DNA of 64,000 nucleotides from an uncultured Holophagales bacterium (GCA_963842525.1 CAWJGT010000009.1:1024001-1088000); one strand, 5' to 3'. Positions 49,518-58,160 are shown, counted from the first letter of the stretch. The notes: generated from the sequence alone by a model not told the origin. Program-made: numbers and translations.

Positions 49518-50247
49518 GCTCCAGAGCTTGGATGGGCCATGCTACCGCGCATAATTGCAATCGCTGAAGGATGCCCGCAGCTGCGGGCATCCTTCCCTGC
49601 TAAGTCCCTGCCCCCCGGAAGGAGGTCAAGAGCCGACCAGCCCCCACCCGGCCCCCTGAAAGAAGCTCCCCCCGCCCCCCGTAGGAGTGTTGACACGAAC
49701 TGGAGGAGGATCCCGCAGTTCTAATTGTCGCCGACCCTCAATTCTAGTTGACGCCGGACACGCCCTCGAGGAGCATCTGCGCAGTGTGCGAGAGCAACAT
49801 CGCAAGGATCTCGCCGAAGGCCACGGCCGGGTCCATCTTCCTTATGCGATCGAGAGAAAATACCCACGAGCGGCAGCGGAGTGGGGTTGGCAGTGTCCTG
49901 AACCGTGGGGGGAAGGGGGTCTTGAGCCTTCTCGACAACCTGTAGCTTAGACGACCGGCGGCTGACGCAAGGGACTTCACAGCACTCTCGGCAAGTCGCT
50001 GCCTTGCCGAGACTTGAGCCCTGCCTCTAGGACGGCTTCATGCCCCCCTTCCAGCCGCAGATCGCTCTTTTGCACCTGATCTCGGGCGACCTTCTCTGAC
50101 GCATAAGAACTTCTCGTGTACCTGAAACGCCAAGCGCACGTGGAGTCAGATGCGATCTTCTCGACCGCCTTCGCTTGCCAGGCATGACGTGGTCGCGACC
50201 TCGCGGGCACAGGGGCCACAGAGTGCTTATGTGCGGCCGGGGCGGTG

Positions 50248-50276
50248 TTGACGCACGTTAGGAAGAGGTGTAGAGT
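50248..50276 (+). promoter_or_regulatory. Possible sigma70 promoter facing the cassette array
   Basis: TTGACG-N17-TAGAGT. Confidence 0.35.
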
Positions 50277-50302
50277 CAACTAAGTCGAAGAGGATAAGCA
50301 CC

Positions 50303-50611
50303 TTGCACGCCCGCAACCCTGGGCCCGGCCGTGGAGTCAACCCCCAGGTTGCGTCGCATGGGTGGGAAAAGCTGCAGCGCCTAGTCAAAATGCGAAATGA
50401 TTTAACCCATCCTAAGAGTGTGCATGACACCCTGTTAAGCCCTGAGATGCCCAACGTCATTCGCGATGCAGCAGTCTGGTTCTTGGGGTGCATGCGTGAT
50501 CTTATTGCGACGGCCGACACCCAACTGCTGGAACAGAGCTTCAAGGAGACGGCGAAGATGCCAGAAATGCAGAAGCTACTAGCTGAAAGGGCAGCTCGAA
50601 AGGAGAAGTAG
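50303..50611 (+). pseudogene. Cassette 1: C-terminal remnant of a HEPN-like protein
   Basis: WEKLQRLVKMRNDLTHPKS (Rx4H); followed by attC; 5' part missing. Confidence 0.55.
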
Positions 50612-50622
50612 TTGAAACCGCC

Positions 50623-50682
50623 GCCGAACCCCGCTGCTCAACCGGATGGCTGCGCCACCGGTTAGCAGCAACAGCGTTCTAC
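50623..50682 (+). other. attC site 1
   Basis: GCCGAAC...tgctcaaccgg..ccggttagca...GTTCTAC. Confidence 0.82.
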
Positions 50683-50725
50683 GCCAAAGGTACACCGGCA
50701 GCGCGAATGACCGACGAACCATTCC

Positions 50726-51052
50726 ATGAGCCGAACTTTTGAACAGATCGTCAGGTTGGTGGCAAGCCGTGATGTGCGGGTCTCGGTGCATGGCTATGAC
50801 GAACTCGCAGCTGATGGTATTCTCGTCCGCGATGTTGTCGCTGGTGTCCACGAAGGTGAGGTGATTGAAGACTATCCAGACTATCGAAAAGGCCCTTGCG
50901 TTTTGGTGTTGCAAAAGGATCAAGGCGGCACGCCGATTCATGTTGTGTGGGGTATCCCCAGCGGCAAATCATCCCCAGCCGTAGTGGTGACGGCGTATAG
51001 ACCGAAGCGCGAGAAATGGACCGACGACTACAAACGCAGGAGAAGGCAATGA
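50726..51052 (+). CDS. Cassette 2: DUF4258-like toxin
   Basis: SVHGYDEL, EVIEDYP..GPCVLVL, PIHVVWG, VVTAYRP...W. Confidence 0.8.
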   Translation: MSRTFEQIVRLVASRDVRVSVHGYDELAADGILVRDVVAGVHEGEVIEDYPDYRKGPCVLVLQKDQGGTPIHVVWGIPSGKSSPAVVVTAYRPKREKWTDDYKRRRRQ

Positions 51053-51261
51053 GTACGCGCCACAGGAAGTTCGTTCATGAAGGAGAGTACGCTGCGGAGG
51101 TCGAGGTCGATCTCATCGAGGCAGAGGAGGAGTGGTCCCCATATTTGTCACTTGAGGATGCTGAGAAGCTCGATACTGTCCGCGAAGCCCTTCGCCGCGG
51201 CGATGTCAGAGAAGCAAGCAAGGTGGGGCGCGTATTCCGACTGACTCCGCTGTCGGCATGA
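51049..51261 (+). CDS. Cassette 2: probable antitoxin
   Basis: ATGA overlap with the toxin; HEGEYAAEVEV..WSPYLSLEDA..ALRRGD. Confidence 0.7.
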   Translation: MSTRHRKFVHEGEYAAEVEVDLIEAEEEWSPYLSLEDAEKLDTVREALRRGDVREASKVGRVFRLTPLSA

Positions 51262-51273
51262 TGACACGCTGGC

Positions 51274-51332
51274 GTAGAACCCAGGCTTGCAGCGCACAGC
51301 TTCGCCGTCGCTGAAGCCCAGCAGCGTTATGT
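51274..51332 (+). other. attC site 2
   Basis: GTAGAAC (complement of the preceding GTTCTAC)...GTTATGT. Confidence 0.88.
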
Positions 51333-51388
51333 GACATGGCAGCGTAGGCGTAGAGGCCTCGCGCATGTGATCCCGGAGCATCCGTAGC

Positions 51389-52018
51389 ATGCCATCACTC
51401 TCGGCTCTCCAACTCCTTCTTGCCGCGCTTACTGGAGCGGCGGGCGCCTTAATCATACGGATTGTCCTAAGACTCTACCTCCGCTCCAGAGAGTCCAAGA
51501 GAGCGCTAGCAGTTTACTATTGTGGTAAGCGATCGCCGACGCCAGGTGGACTCGATCACGGCTGGGGCCAAGAGTCAAAATCAAAAGGCCCCTCTGGCCG
51601 TAATGTATGGTTATACACAGAGGAGCCTACCGACCAAATACACCCTCGTGAGCATACAATATACGGCCCCTATGTAAACGACCTTGGGCGGCCAGGATAC
51701 TACCGAGTAGCCTTCTCAATCTGTGCTAAGAACTTCTTGCAGAACTCAGACAGATCTGTATTGTTACTAGATGTAGTGCAGGCACCCTTTGGAGGCACTA
51801 CAACCTATGTCTTGCATGGGCAGCGACTGATTAGGGAAGACGAACTAGCAAGCGGTAAGGAGCAATACAATACCTATGAAATCGAATTCTATGCACCCGG
51901 AACTGGAGTTTATGAATACCGTGCACGGGTGTTCGGAAGCAATGTGACTCGCGATCAAACGGTTGAGTTTGACACAATCCGTGTTTTCCGCAATACTCCC
52001 CTGTGGGAGGTGTTCTAG
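51389..52018 (+). CDS. Cassette 3: N-terminal TM plus beta-sandwich hypothetical protein
   Basis: Low-GC ORF filling the cassette; YGPY..PGYYRVAF..YEYR. Confidence 0.7.
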   Translation: MPSLSALQLLLAALTGAAGALIIRIVLRLYLRSRESKRALAVYYCGKRSPTPGGLDHGWGQESKSKGPSGRNVWLYTEEPTDQIHPREHTIYGPYVNDLGRPGYYRVAFSICAKNFLQNSDRSVLLLDVVQAPFGGTTTYVLHGQRLIREDELASGKEQYNTYEIEFYAPGTGVYEYRARVFGSNVTRDQTVEFDTIRVFRNTPLWEVF

Positions 52019-52030
52019 GGTGGAGAGGGC

Positions 52031-52090
52031 ACATAACCCGGGCGCTGCACAGGACGGCTGACGCCGCCTGTGAGCTTCCACTCGTTGGGC
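52031..52090 (+). other. attC site 3
   Basis: ACATAAC (complement of GTTATGT)...GTTGGGC. Confidence 0.88.
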
Positions 52091-52143
52091 GTCTCTAAGA
52101 AGAGCGATGGCTACTACAGCCCGATCGAATAGGAGGAAAGCCA

Positions 52144-52665
52144 ATGGCGAGACTTGCGGCTATTCCGGCGAGTGCGGCTAGTGCGCTTAGTTCTACGCCA
52201 TTCTGGCGAGGGGAGTTTCGCCCTGAAGCTGTGGGCTTGCCTCCAGTGACATTCAAGCTAAGGCAAGTGTTCGTGTTGATGCCGATGGAAGGCGAAGAGG
52301 CGGAGGAAATCTACCGGACACTGAAGGCCGCCTGTGCGACAGTCGATCTGATAGCAACGAGGGTGGACGAGAGGGTCGGTGCCCGAATCATTATGCAAGA
52401 TATCGACCGAATGATGGGAGAGGCCGAGTTTCTCATATTTGATCTAAGTAAAGAGCGCCCAAATGTCTACTATGAACTCGGCTATGCCCATGGTATTGGC
52501 AACAATGCCGAGAACATCTTATTAATAGCCCGCGAAGGCACGCATATTCACTTTGATGTTGCACCTCTACGGATCCAGTTCTATCGATCGACCGATCACC
52601 TCCAGTCTCTTGTTGCCTCACAGCTAAGCGCAATGAAGCAAATCACACGAGGATTGGTACGATGA
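52144..52665 (+). CDS. Cassette 4: nucleoside 2-deoxyribosyltransferase-like (NDT/TIR-like fold) protein
   Basis: FVLMP..RVD..I...AEFLIFDLSKERPNVYYELGYAHG..FDV. Confidence 0.78.
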   Translation: MARLAAIPASAASALSSTPFWRGEFRPEAVGLPPVTFKLRQVFVLMPMEGEEAEEIYRTLKAACATVDLIATRVDERVGARIIMQDIDRMMGEAEFLIFDLSKERPNVYYELGYAHGIGNNAENILLIAREGTHIHFDVAPLRIQFYRSTDHLQSLVASQLSAMKQITRGLVR

Positions 52666-52724
52666 ATTGCACTGGCCGGCAGTCTGAGCTGCGTCGGCGG
52701 TTCCAGGGCGTACTGCCAATCGGC

Positions 52725-52801
52725 GCCCAACCCCGGCTGTCGAGCGGACGGAAACCGCAAACAGCGCGGTTCCCGCTCGCTCACCTTCTGCGGCGTTGGC
52801 C
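52725..52801 (+). other. attC site 4
   Basis: GCCCAAC (complement of GTTGGGC)..gagcggacggaaaccgc..gcggttcccgctcgctc..GTTGGCC. Confidence 0.88.
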
Positions 52802-52816
52802 GTCGCAGGAAGCTAA

Positions 52817-53494
52817 ATGGCTGATCTGAAGCTGCATCACATTGGAGAGCCCTTGGTCGCCAGGATGCTTCAGAAGCTTGAGGCGGCCGGGCGGCTCTCG
52901 AACTTGGTCTGCGAGCGTATGCACGTCTCGGTTGAGGATGACATCGTTGCTGGGGGACTTCAAAGGCCGATCGAGTTCTTTCCGGAGAGAGCAACCCTCG
53001 GTGTCTCGGCCAATGGTGAAGAATTGATCTGTGATGGCGCACAGAAGGTTGATGTCCTCTGCGTGAGTAGTGGCCAGCGGGCCATGGCGTTCGAGCTCAA
53101 GCTGGGAGAGGAGCGACTTGGGACCAACGAGTTCGAGAGACGGTTCTTGGGAAAGTGCTCCACTTCCCATGCTGGTTCTCGGCTCAAGGGCTCAATGATC
53201 TCTGTACTTGATCGCAGTTTCTTGAGGACCGACGCGGCGGTTCTCCGGGCATCCGCATCGCCTCCTACTGGTGGGCCTATCAAGAAGTGGGATGTCGTCC
53301 GTCCTTGGTGGCTGGTCATCAGGAACAGTGTTTGGTTCCGATGGAAACAGTCCGGGATACCGGGCTTGACCAATGGGCGTATCCTCGTCATCGAGAAAGT
53401 CGTCCGAGAACTCGGAGGCGAGGAGGTCTTCAATGGTTTGGTCCGTGAGGTTCTATGCGGCAACTTTTTCGAGGCGTGGGAGATAGGTCAGTGA
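52817..53494 (+). CDS. Cassette 5: hypothetical protein, possible PD-(D/E)xK nuclease
   Basis: KVDVL....AMAFELKLG resembles D...ExK. Confidence 0.6.
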   Translation: MADLKLHHIGEPLVARMLQKLEAAGRLSNLVCERMHVSVEDDIVAGGLQRPIEFFPERATLGVSANGEELICDGAQKVDVLCVSSGQRAMAFELKLGEERLGTNEFERRFLGKCSTSHAGSRLKGSMISVLDRSFLRTDAAVLRASASPPTGGPIKKWDVVRPWWLVIRNSVWFRWKQSGIPGLTNGRILVIEKVVRELGGEEVFNGLVREVLCGNFFEAWEIGQ

Positions 53495-53500
53495 ACCGCC

Positions 53501-53562
53501 GGCCAACCAAGCGGCTCCAGCGGACGGCTGACGCCGCGCGCTGAGCCGCCACAGCGTTAGGC
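53501..53562 (+). other. attC site 5
   Basis: GGCCAAC (complement of GTTGGCC)..cagcggac..cgctga..GTTAGGC. Confidence 0.88.
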
Positions 53563-53579
53563 GTTTTGAGGCAGCACCT

Positions 53580-54278
53580 ATGAATCGAACTGAAAAACTG
53601 AACGAACTGCGAGCCCTCGCGCAGAACAAGCCGACGATCCCAAACGAGGAATTCGGCGCATGGCAAGCGCGGGTGTCGGCGCTCATTGGTTTCGACCGTC
53701 TGCAACAAGACAAGTTCCGCCACTTGGCGAGTTCGGCGACGATTCCCGGTGACGACTTCTTCCCGTCGTGCATGCGCCAGATGGAACAGATCCTCTTCCA
53801 AGCCATAGCGGACTTGGAGGTTGGTCCAGATGTCCCAGCCGAGCCACCTGCCGAATCCGGGAAGCCAATAGACGTATTCATCAGTTATTCGACTACCGAC
53901 AGAGCGATTGCAGAGGAGTTAGCCAATCGTCTCAGAGCACTTCAGCTTACAGTCTTCTTGTCGCACGACACCATCACAACGGGACCCGCATGGCGTTCAC
54001 AAGTCGGTGTCGTCCTTCGTCGCTGCGGCGTAGCAGTGCTGCTCTTGAGCACGCAATCACTCCACAGCGATTGGGTTCGTTACGAGATTGGAGCATTATG
54101 GGCACTTAATAAGCCTGTCGCTCCGGCTCTGCTCGACTGTGATGCATCTCAACTTCCTGAGCTTGTGCGCGATTTCCAATCACGCTCAGTTGCAACCGCC
54201 TCAGATCGCGCCGTCTTTTGCCACGAAGTGGAAAGACTGGTCCGCGATACTCGAACAAATGACAACCGAAACGCCTAA
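53580..54278 (+). CDS. Cassette 6: TIR-domain protein; attC truncated after GCCTAAC
   Basis: DVFISYS..D..AEEL..L..VFL, SDWVRYEIG (catalytic E); GCCTAAC at 54273-54279 complements GTTAGGC. Confidence 0.85.
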   Translation: MNRTEKLNELRALAQNKPTIPNEEFGAWQARVSALIGFDRLQQDKFRHLASSATIPGDDFFPSCMRQMEQILFQAIADLEVGPDVPAEPPAESGKPIDVFISYSTTDRAIAEELANRLRALQLTVFLSHDTITTGPAWRSQVGVVLRRCGVAVLLLSTQSLHSDWVRYEIGALWALNKPVAPALLDCDASQLPELVRDFQSRSVATASDRAVFCHEVERLVRDTRTNDNRNA

Positions 54279-54279
54279 C

Positions 54280-54380
54280 CGGAAATAAGTGCCAGCCGAA
54301 TCTAGCCTGGCCCAAACCCGAAATGAGTGGCCCAAACCCGAAATGAGTGCGGCCGAAATGAGTGCCCGAAATGAGTGCCA
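54280..54380 (+). repeat. Stuttered motif array: GAAATAAGTGCCAGCCGAATCTAGCCT followed by four CCGAAATGAGTG
   Basis: Read directly; replaces the rest of attC 6. Confidence 0.88.
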
Positions 54381-54399
54381 CCCATTAGAAGGCTCTTGT

Positions 54400-54820
54400 C
54401 AACGACCCACACGTCTCCCACCCGGGAGTGTTCGTTTCAAGAACGGCTCGTTCCGGCAAGATGTGCTCCCGTGTCGGGTTTGCGCGCCCGTAGTCTCGCT
54501 GTGCTTCAGGTGCGGAGATCCGCACCAGCCACCCATCGGGATCAAGGCGGGTCGGAGCCGGTGACGGCTCCGACCCGCCCCTGGCACGGTTTGCGTGCCC
54601 CCAGAAAATCTTCGGTTCCAGGTTCGTGTCCAAGGTTCAGGACAACCAATAAGGCTACCTCCTCCCCCCGAAGGGGGTTCAGAGGTGCCAGCACATTCGG
54701 GCTCACGACCTGGGCGCATCTCCGACAAAAGAGCCAAAAACGGTGGAAGACAGGGGCCAATCAGCCGTAGAGGGTTCTTTCGCCCAGCACCTAATTGCAG
54801 GCTCCCTGTCTTCCACCTGA
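54400..54820 (-). ncRNA. Putative bridge/seek RNA region of the IS110
   Basis: About 420 bp non-coding, several hairpins, position typical of IS1111-type elements, short matches to the target; RNA ends unknown. Confidence 0.55.
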
Positions 54821-54821
54821 A

Positions 54822-55838
54822 TCAACCAAAAGCTTGCGCCGACCTGAACGGCACCTGGTCGCGCAGGATGTAGAACGCGGCACGAGTCAGCTTGTTCGAG
54901 ATCGTCCGCAGGGCCACCAACTCGTTGGTCCTGGCCCGCTTGCGCTCGTAGAGACGCTTGGCGAGGGGCTCGAACCGAATGGCGAAATGTGAAGCCTCCA
55001 TGAACGCCCAGGACAGGTACGGGTTGCCATTGCGTACGTTGCCGGAACCCTTGACCTTGCCGTTGCTGAGGTGCTGACTGGGTACACAGCGGCAGTAGGA
55101 GGAGAAGTGGCCCGCCTCGGCAAAGCGAGCGATGGAGCCGGTTTCGTACATGATCGTCAGGGCAAGGGTCAGACCGATGCCGGGAATGCTCTCGAGCAGC
55201 TCGAACTCGGGCCTCAGTCTGGCCTGTTTGAGAACAGTTTTCTCGATGCCAGAGATTTGGTCTTTCAGCGTGCGGGCGATCGCCAGGCTGCTGGTGATCG
55301 TCAAGGCGATATGTGGGTCCGTGAATTGCTCCTCGACCTGCTCGGCCGTCATGCGCTTGAGCTCGCTGAGGGGAACTTGCGCTCCGGTGTAGCGCGAGAA
55401 GACGTTTTTGACGCTCAGCAAGCTGGCGGTGCGCTGTCGCACCAGAAAGGCTCGGCGGCGCAGTAGATCTCGCACCGCGCGCTCCTTTTTCGGATAGATG
55501 TGACCGGTGGGCAGAATGTTGAGGTGGAGCAGGCGCGCCAGCCACCGCGCGTCATGGCGGTCATCGACGTACTTCAAGCCCTCGTACTGGCGGACAGCGG
55601 AGGTGTTGACCAAGCGAACCTCGTAGCCGGCCTCCATGAGCCCATCCACCAACCAGTACCAGTTGAAGGTGGACTCCACGGCGGTCGCCTGGATCTGCTC
55701 TCGGAAGGGCTCCAGGGATTCCAGGACCGCCTCCAGACGGTTGGGCACCCGCCTGCTGAGGACCGATTGCAGTTGCTCGTTCATCACCACGAGATAGCTG
55801 TTGGTTGAATGCAAGTCGATTCCACAGTAAAGTCCCAT
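54822..55838 (-). CDS. IS110 family DEDD recombinase/transposase
   Basis: GIDLH, VEST, K..DRHDA..LA, SIPGIG, RF, SNGK, GNPYL. Confidence 0.93.
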   Translation of the reverse strand: MGLYCGIDLHSTNSYLVVMNEQLQSVLSRRVPNRLEAVLESLEPFREQIQATAVESTFNWYWLVDGLMEAGYEVRLVNTSAVRQYEGLKYVDDRHDARWLARLLHLNILPTGHIYPKKERAVRDLLRRRAFLVRQRTASLLSVKNVFSRYTGAQVPLSELKRMTAEQVEEQFTDPHIALTITSSLAIARTLKDQISGIEKTVLKQARLRPEFELLESIPGIGLTLALTIMYETGSIARFAEAGHFSSYCRCVPSQHLSNGKVKGSGNVRNGNPYLSWAFMEASHFAIRFEPLAKRLYERKRARTNELVALRTISNKLTRAAFYILRDQVPFRSAQAFG

Positions 55839-56171
55839 GCGCTCCTCCTTTCAGGGATTGGTCTCCCGACGAGCCTATCGCGGCTCGTCAGAAGGGAGGA
55901 GCCTTCTAGAGGATCATCAGCCGAATCTAGCCTCCTGAAGAGTCAATTGCACTGCCGAGCCGCGCTTCGGTGTGGCTTCGGTGCGCAAACTGGCAGGTGA
56001 AGGGCACCTGAGCACGCCGAGAGGTGGTCGCTCACTCCTTGTGTGGAGCGTTGAAAGCCTGTATCGCGCTTTTTGAGGGTTCCAGGGATAGACCTCTCCC
56101 GATCCCGCGCCAGGAAGTCAGCGGCCGGCCGGAAACTACGAAGGCTGTCAGCGGCCCGAAGTCCCGAGGGC

Positions 56172-57096
56172 CTACCCACTTACCCAGGGCAGGGCCGGCG
56201 GGAAGCTGCCTGCCGGGAAGACAACATCGCGCACTCCCGCCCGGAGCTTCTCCGCGGCGGTCCGGAAGGCGCCCACGAACTCGCCATAGGCTCGATAGAA
56301 CTCGAGACGGACGTTCTTGCTCGCCGCATGGAAGAGCGGAGCAGGAGATTTCTTCGGTTTGGCCGGCCGGTCGTGACGCTTCTGGGCGCAGACTGCTTCG
56401 GGACCCAGGACAGGACGGCCCATGGCCTCGCGGACCTCCGCAGCCCGAGACTCGATGCTGGCCACCAGAGCGGCGATCCGCTCGCGGTACTGTTGAGGAG
56501 TGAGATGCGCCCAGCAGGGGAGCTGCTCGAGCTTGAGGGTGTATTCGGTCGCGAAGTCGAGACGGTGGAAGGACTGGCCTCTCTGGCGGGCGGCGTACTC
56601 GCTCGAGCGGTTGAACCAGTGGCCGACGAGGAGAGCACCATCCAGCAGAGCGGGGACGACGCTGACGCCCGGCCAGTCCCGGAGGGTTTGGACAAGTCCC
56701 TCCTTGACCCCGTGGCTCAAAATGTACGCGAGGCGTTCGATCTGGGCCTGGGGCTCGTCGCTGATCGGGATGGCCTGAAAGCGGCGGGACCAGAACTTTT
56801 CCCGCCAGTCGGCCAGGCGCCCGGCTTCGCGGGCAAGATTTGAGTTGAAGTGATTCATGAATGAGGCGAGTCGGCGCGTGTCGTCGACCTGGAGAAGGAG
56901 GTGATAGTGCCCGGAGGCAAAGGCGAAGGCGATGAGGCGGACGGGGTAGAGCTGCCTGGGCGCGTCCGAGGGCGCCGAGGATGAGGTCATTGAGCTCCGC
57001 AGAGGGAGCGAGCAGGAAGCGGCCGTGGACGGTCCGTGTGGTGACCTCGACAAGTCCGCTCCCCTCGGGTGGCATGAAACGGAGTTTTCGACTCAT
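56172..57096 (-). CDS. Y1/HUH transposase (RAYT/IS200-like), frameshift near 56955
   Basis: MSRKLR..VEVTTR..GRFLL, then FASGHYHLL (HUH), FWSRRF, LAYILSHGVKEGLV..WPG (catalytic Y). Confidence 0.8.
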
Positions 57097-57230
57097 GCCC
57101 CTTAAAAAGACGTAAAACGGGTCGCCGATCTTGCATAACTCGGAAAAGTTCTTGCCGCGGACCGGAATGATGACTGAATGTCAACGGACGGCGGATCTGT
57201 GGAGGTAGTCCAGAGCGGTCCCGAGCGAAG

Positions 57231-57274
57231 CTGTTCGGCTGGCACTTCTGTCTGTTCGGCTGGCACTTCTGTCT
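57231..57274 (-). repeat. Tandem 21-mer ACAGAAGTGCCAGCCGAACAG x2 (minus strand)
   Basis: ctgttcggctggcacttctgt occurs twice. Confidence 0.9.
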
Positions 57275-57312
57275 GGCCGGCGCTGGATCAGGTGATCCAC
57301 GTCGTGACGCGC
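57275..57312 (+). repeat. 38-bp direct repeat, right copy (island boundary)
   Basis: Matches 44795-44832 at 37/38. Confidence 0.92.
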
Positions 57313-57323
57313 AACCCAGCATC

Positions 57324-57532
57324 CCCAGAGAGGCGGCCAGGGCGGTAGTCACCAGGGACCAGAAGAGCTCTGCGCCGGGATAGACCGCGAGCAGGCGGAA
57401 AAAGCTCCTGGCGCGCAGACGTTCAAAATTGTTCGACCATCGTGCGCGTTCGTCCGGATTGGACAGCAGCGGCAGCAGTGGCGTCTCCACTCCGATGCGG
57501 AGGATCAGATTGGCCGAAACGATTCCGGGCGC
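57324..57532 (-). repeat. 209-bp duplicate of the 3' end of the 1072-aa gene (other copy 58198-58406)
   Basis: Aligned by eye: 6 mismatches, no gaps. Confidence 0.92.
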
Positions 57533-57586
57533 TGCACCAAGGTGCCAGCCGCCCCTGAGGCACTTATTTCGTGGCGAGCACTTAGA

Positions 57587-57853
57587 TTAGGGGAAGTATC
57601 TGTAGATATCTCGGCGGTGGAGAATTCTGACCAGCGTTGCTTGGTCGCCTTCGATCATAAGACCCAGGCGGTAATCACCGATACGGATGCGATAGTACGC
57701 TCCGGGACCTTGGAGCTTTCTGAGCTGAGGGATCTCTCCAATCCCATCGGCGCACTCAACCGCCTCGATGACTCGCTTGACACGAGCCCGAGCTTCCGGC
57801 TGCCGGAGCTGCCGCAAGTCCCTGGCGAAGCTCTCGCGAAAGCTGGTTTTCAC
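57587..57853 (-). CDS. RelE/ParE family toxin
   Basis: SFARDLRQL..KLQG..YYRIRIGDYR..HRRDIYR. Confidence 0.9.
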   Translation of the reverse strand: MKTSFRESFARDLRQLRQPEARARVKRVIEAVECADGIGEIPQLRKLQGPGAYYRIRIGDYRLGLMIEGDQATLVRILHRRDIYRYFP

Positions 57854-58053
57854 TCTTCGAGGATCCGGAAAACCTCGTCTCGCCCCACAGGCAGGCTCTG
57901 CTCGCCTTCACGGATCGCATGGACCATGCCGATGTCCTCCAGAGCCTCTTCCAAGAGATCCAGCACAAGATCCCTGCGCTCTTCGAGTACCTCGATCATG
58001 GCCGTCTCGACCAGATTCTTGATCCTGCTGTCTTCAATGCTCGCGTCCGCCAT
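57850..58053 (-). CDS. Antitoxin partner
   Basis: Acidic 67 aa, EALEDIGM..AIREG..V.RDEVF; overlaps the toxin start. Confidence 0.8.
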   Translation of the reverse strand: MADASIEDSRIKNLVETAMIEVLEERRDLVLDLLEEALEDIGMVHAIREGEQSLPVGRDEVFRILEE

Positions 58054-58160
58054 ACTTCCTCCGCTGTTGCGGCTACTCTATGCCACCCCACCCCGCACTT
58101 CCACCCAGGCGGCCGATCACACGGATCATACCGGAGCCTGGGTGTGAAAATTGGAGCAAC

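Larger units (their letters stand above)
47159..49760 (+). mobile_element. IS21 family element, 2602 bp, with 6-bp target duplication CGCCCT
   Basis: TG...CA ends; repeated terminal motif (C)AA(T/C)TAGAA(C/T)TG twice at each end; CGCCCT at 47153-47158 and 49761-49766. Confidence 0.93.
46917..49895 (+). pseudogene. intI: Integron integrase remnant (central part only), interrupted by IS21
   Basis: [41 protein letters not shown] joins across the IS to ALEEHL..DLAEGHGRVHLPYAIERKYP..EWGWQ (IntI-specific patch); N-terminus and catalytic HxxR/Y region are absent. Confidence 0.88.
54381..55917 (-). mobile_element. IS110 family, IS1111-type element, about 1537 bp
   Basis: Sub-terminal inverted repeats TAGAAGGCTC (54386-54395) and GAGCCTTCTA (55899-55908); CA on both flanks; long non-coding region 3' of the transposase. 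Confidence 0.82.

Noticed and set aside
54273-54400. IS1111 inserted directly into attC
   Set aside because: About 100 bp of motif array separates the attC remnant from the IS, and the reconstructed target is the GTGCCAGCCGAATC motif.
44795-57312. Prophage or tRNA-targeted integrative element
   Set aside because: No phage or conjugation genes, no tRNA, and the only tyrosine recombinase is a broken IntI.
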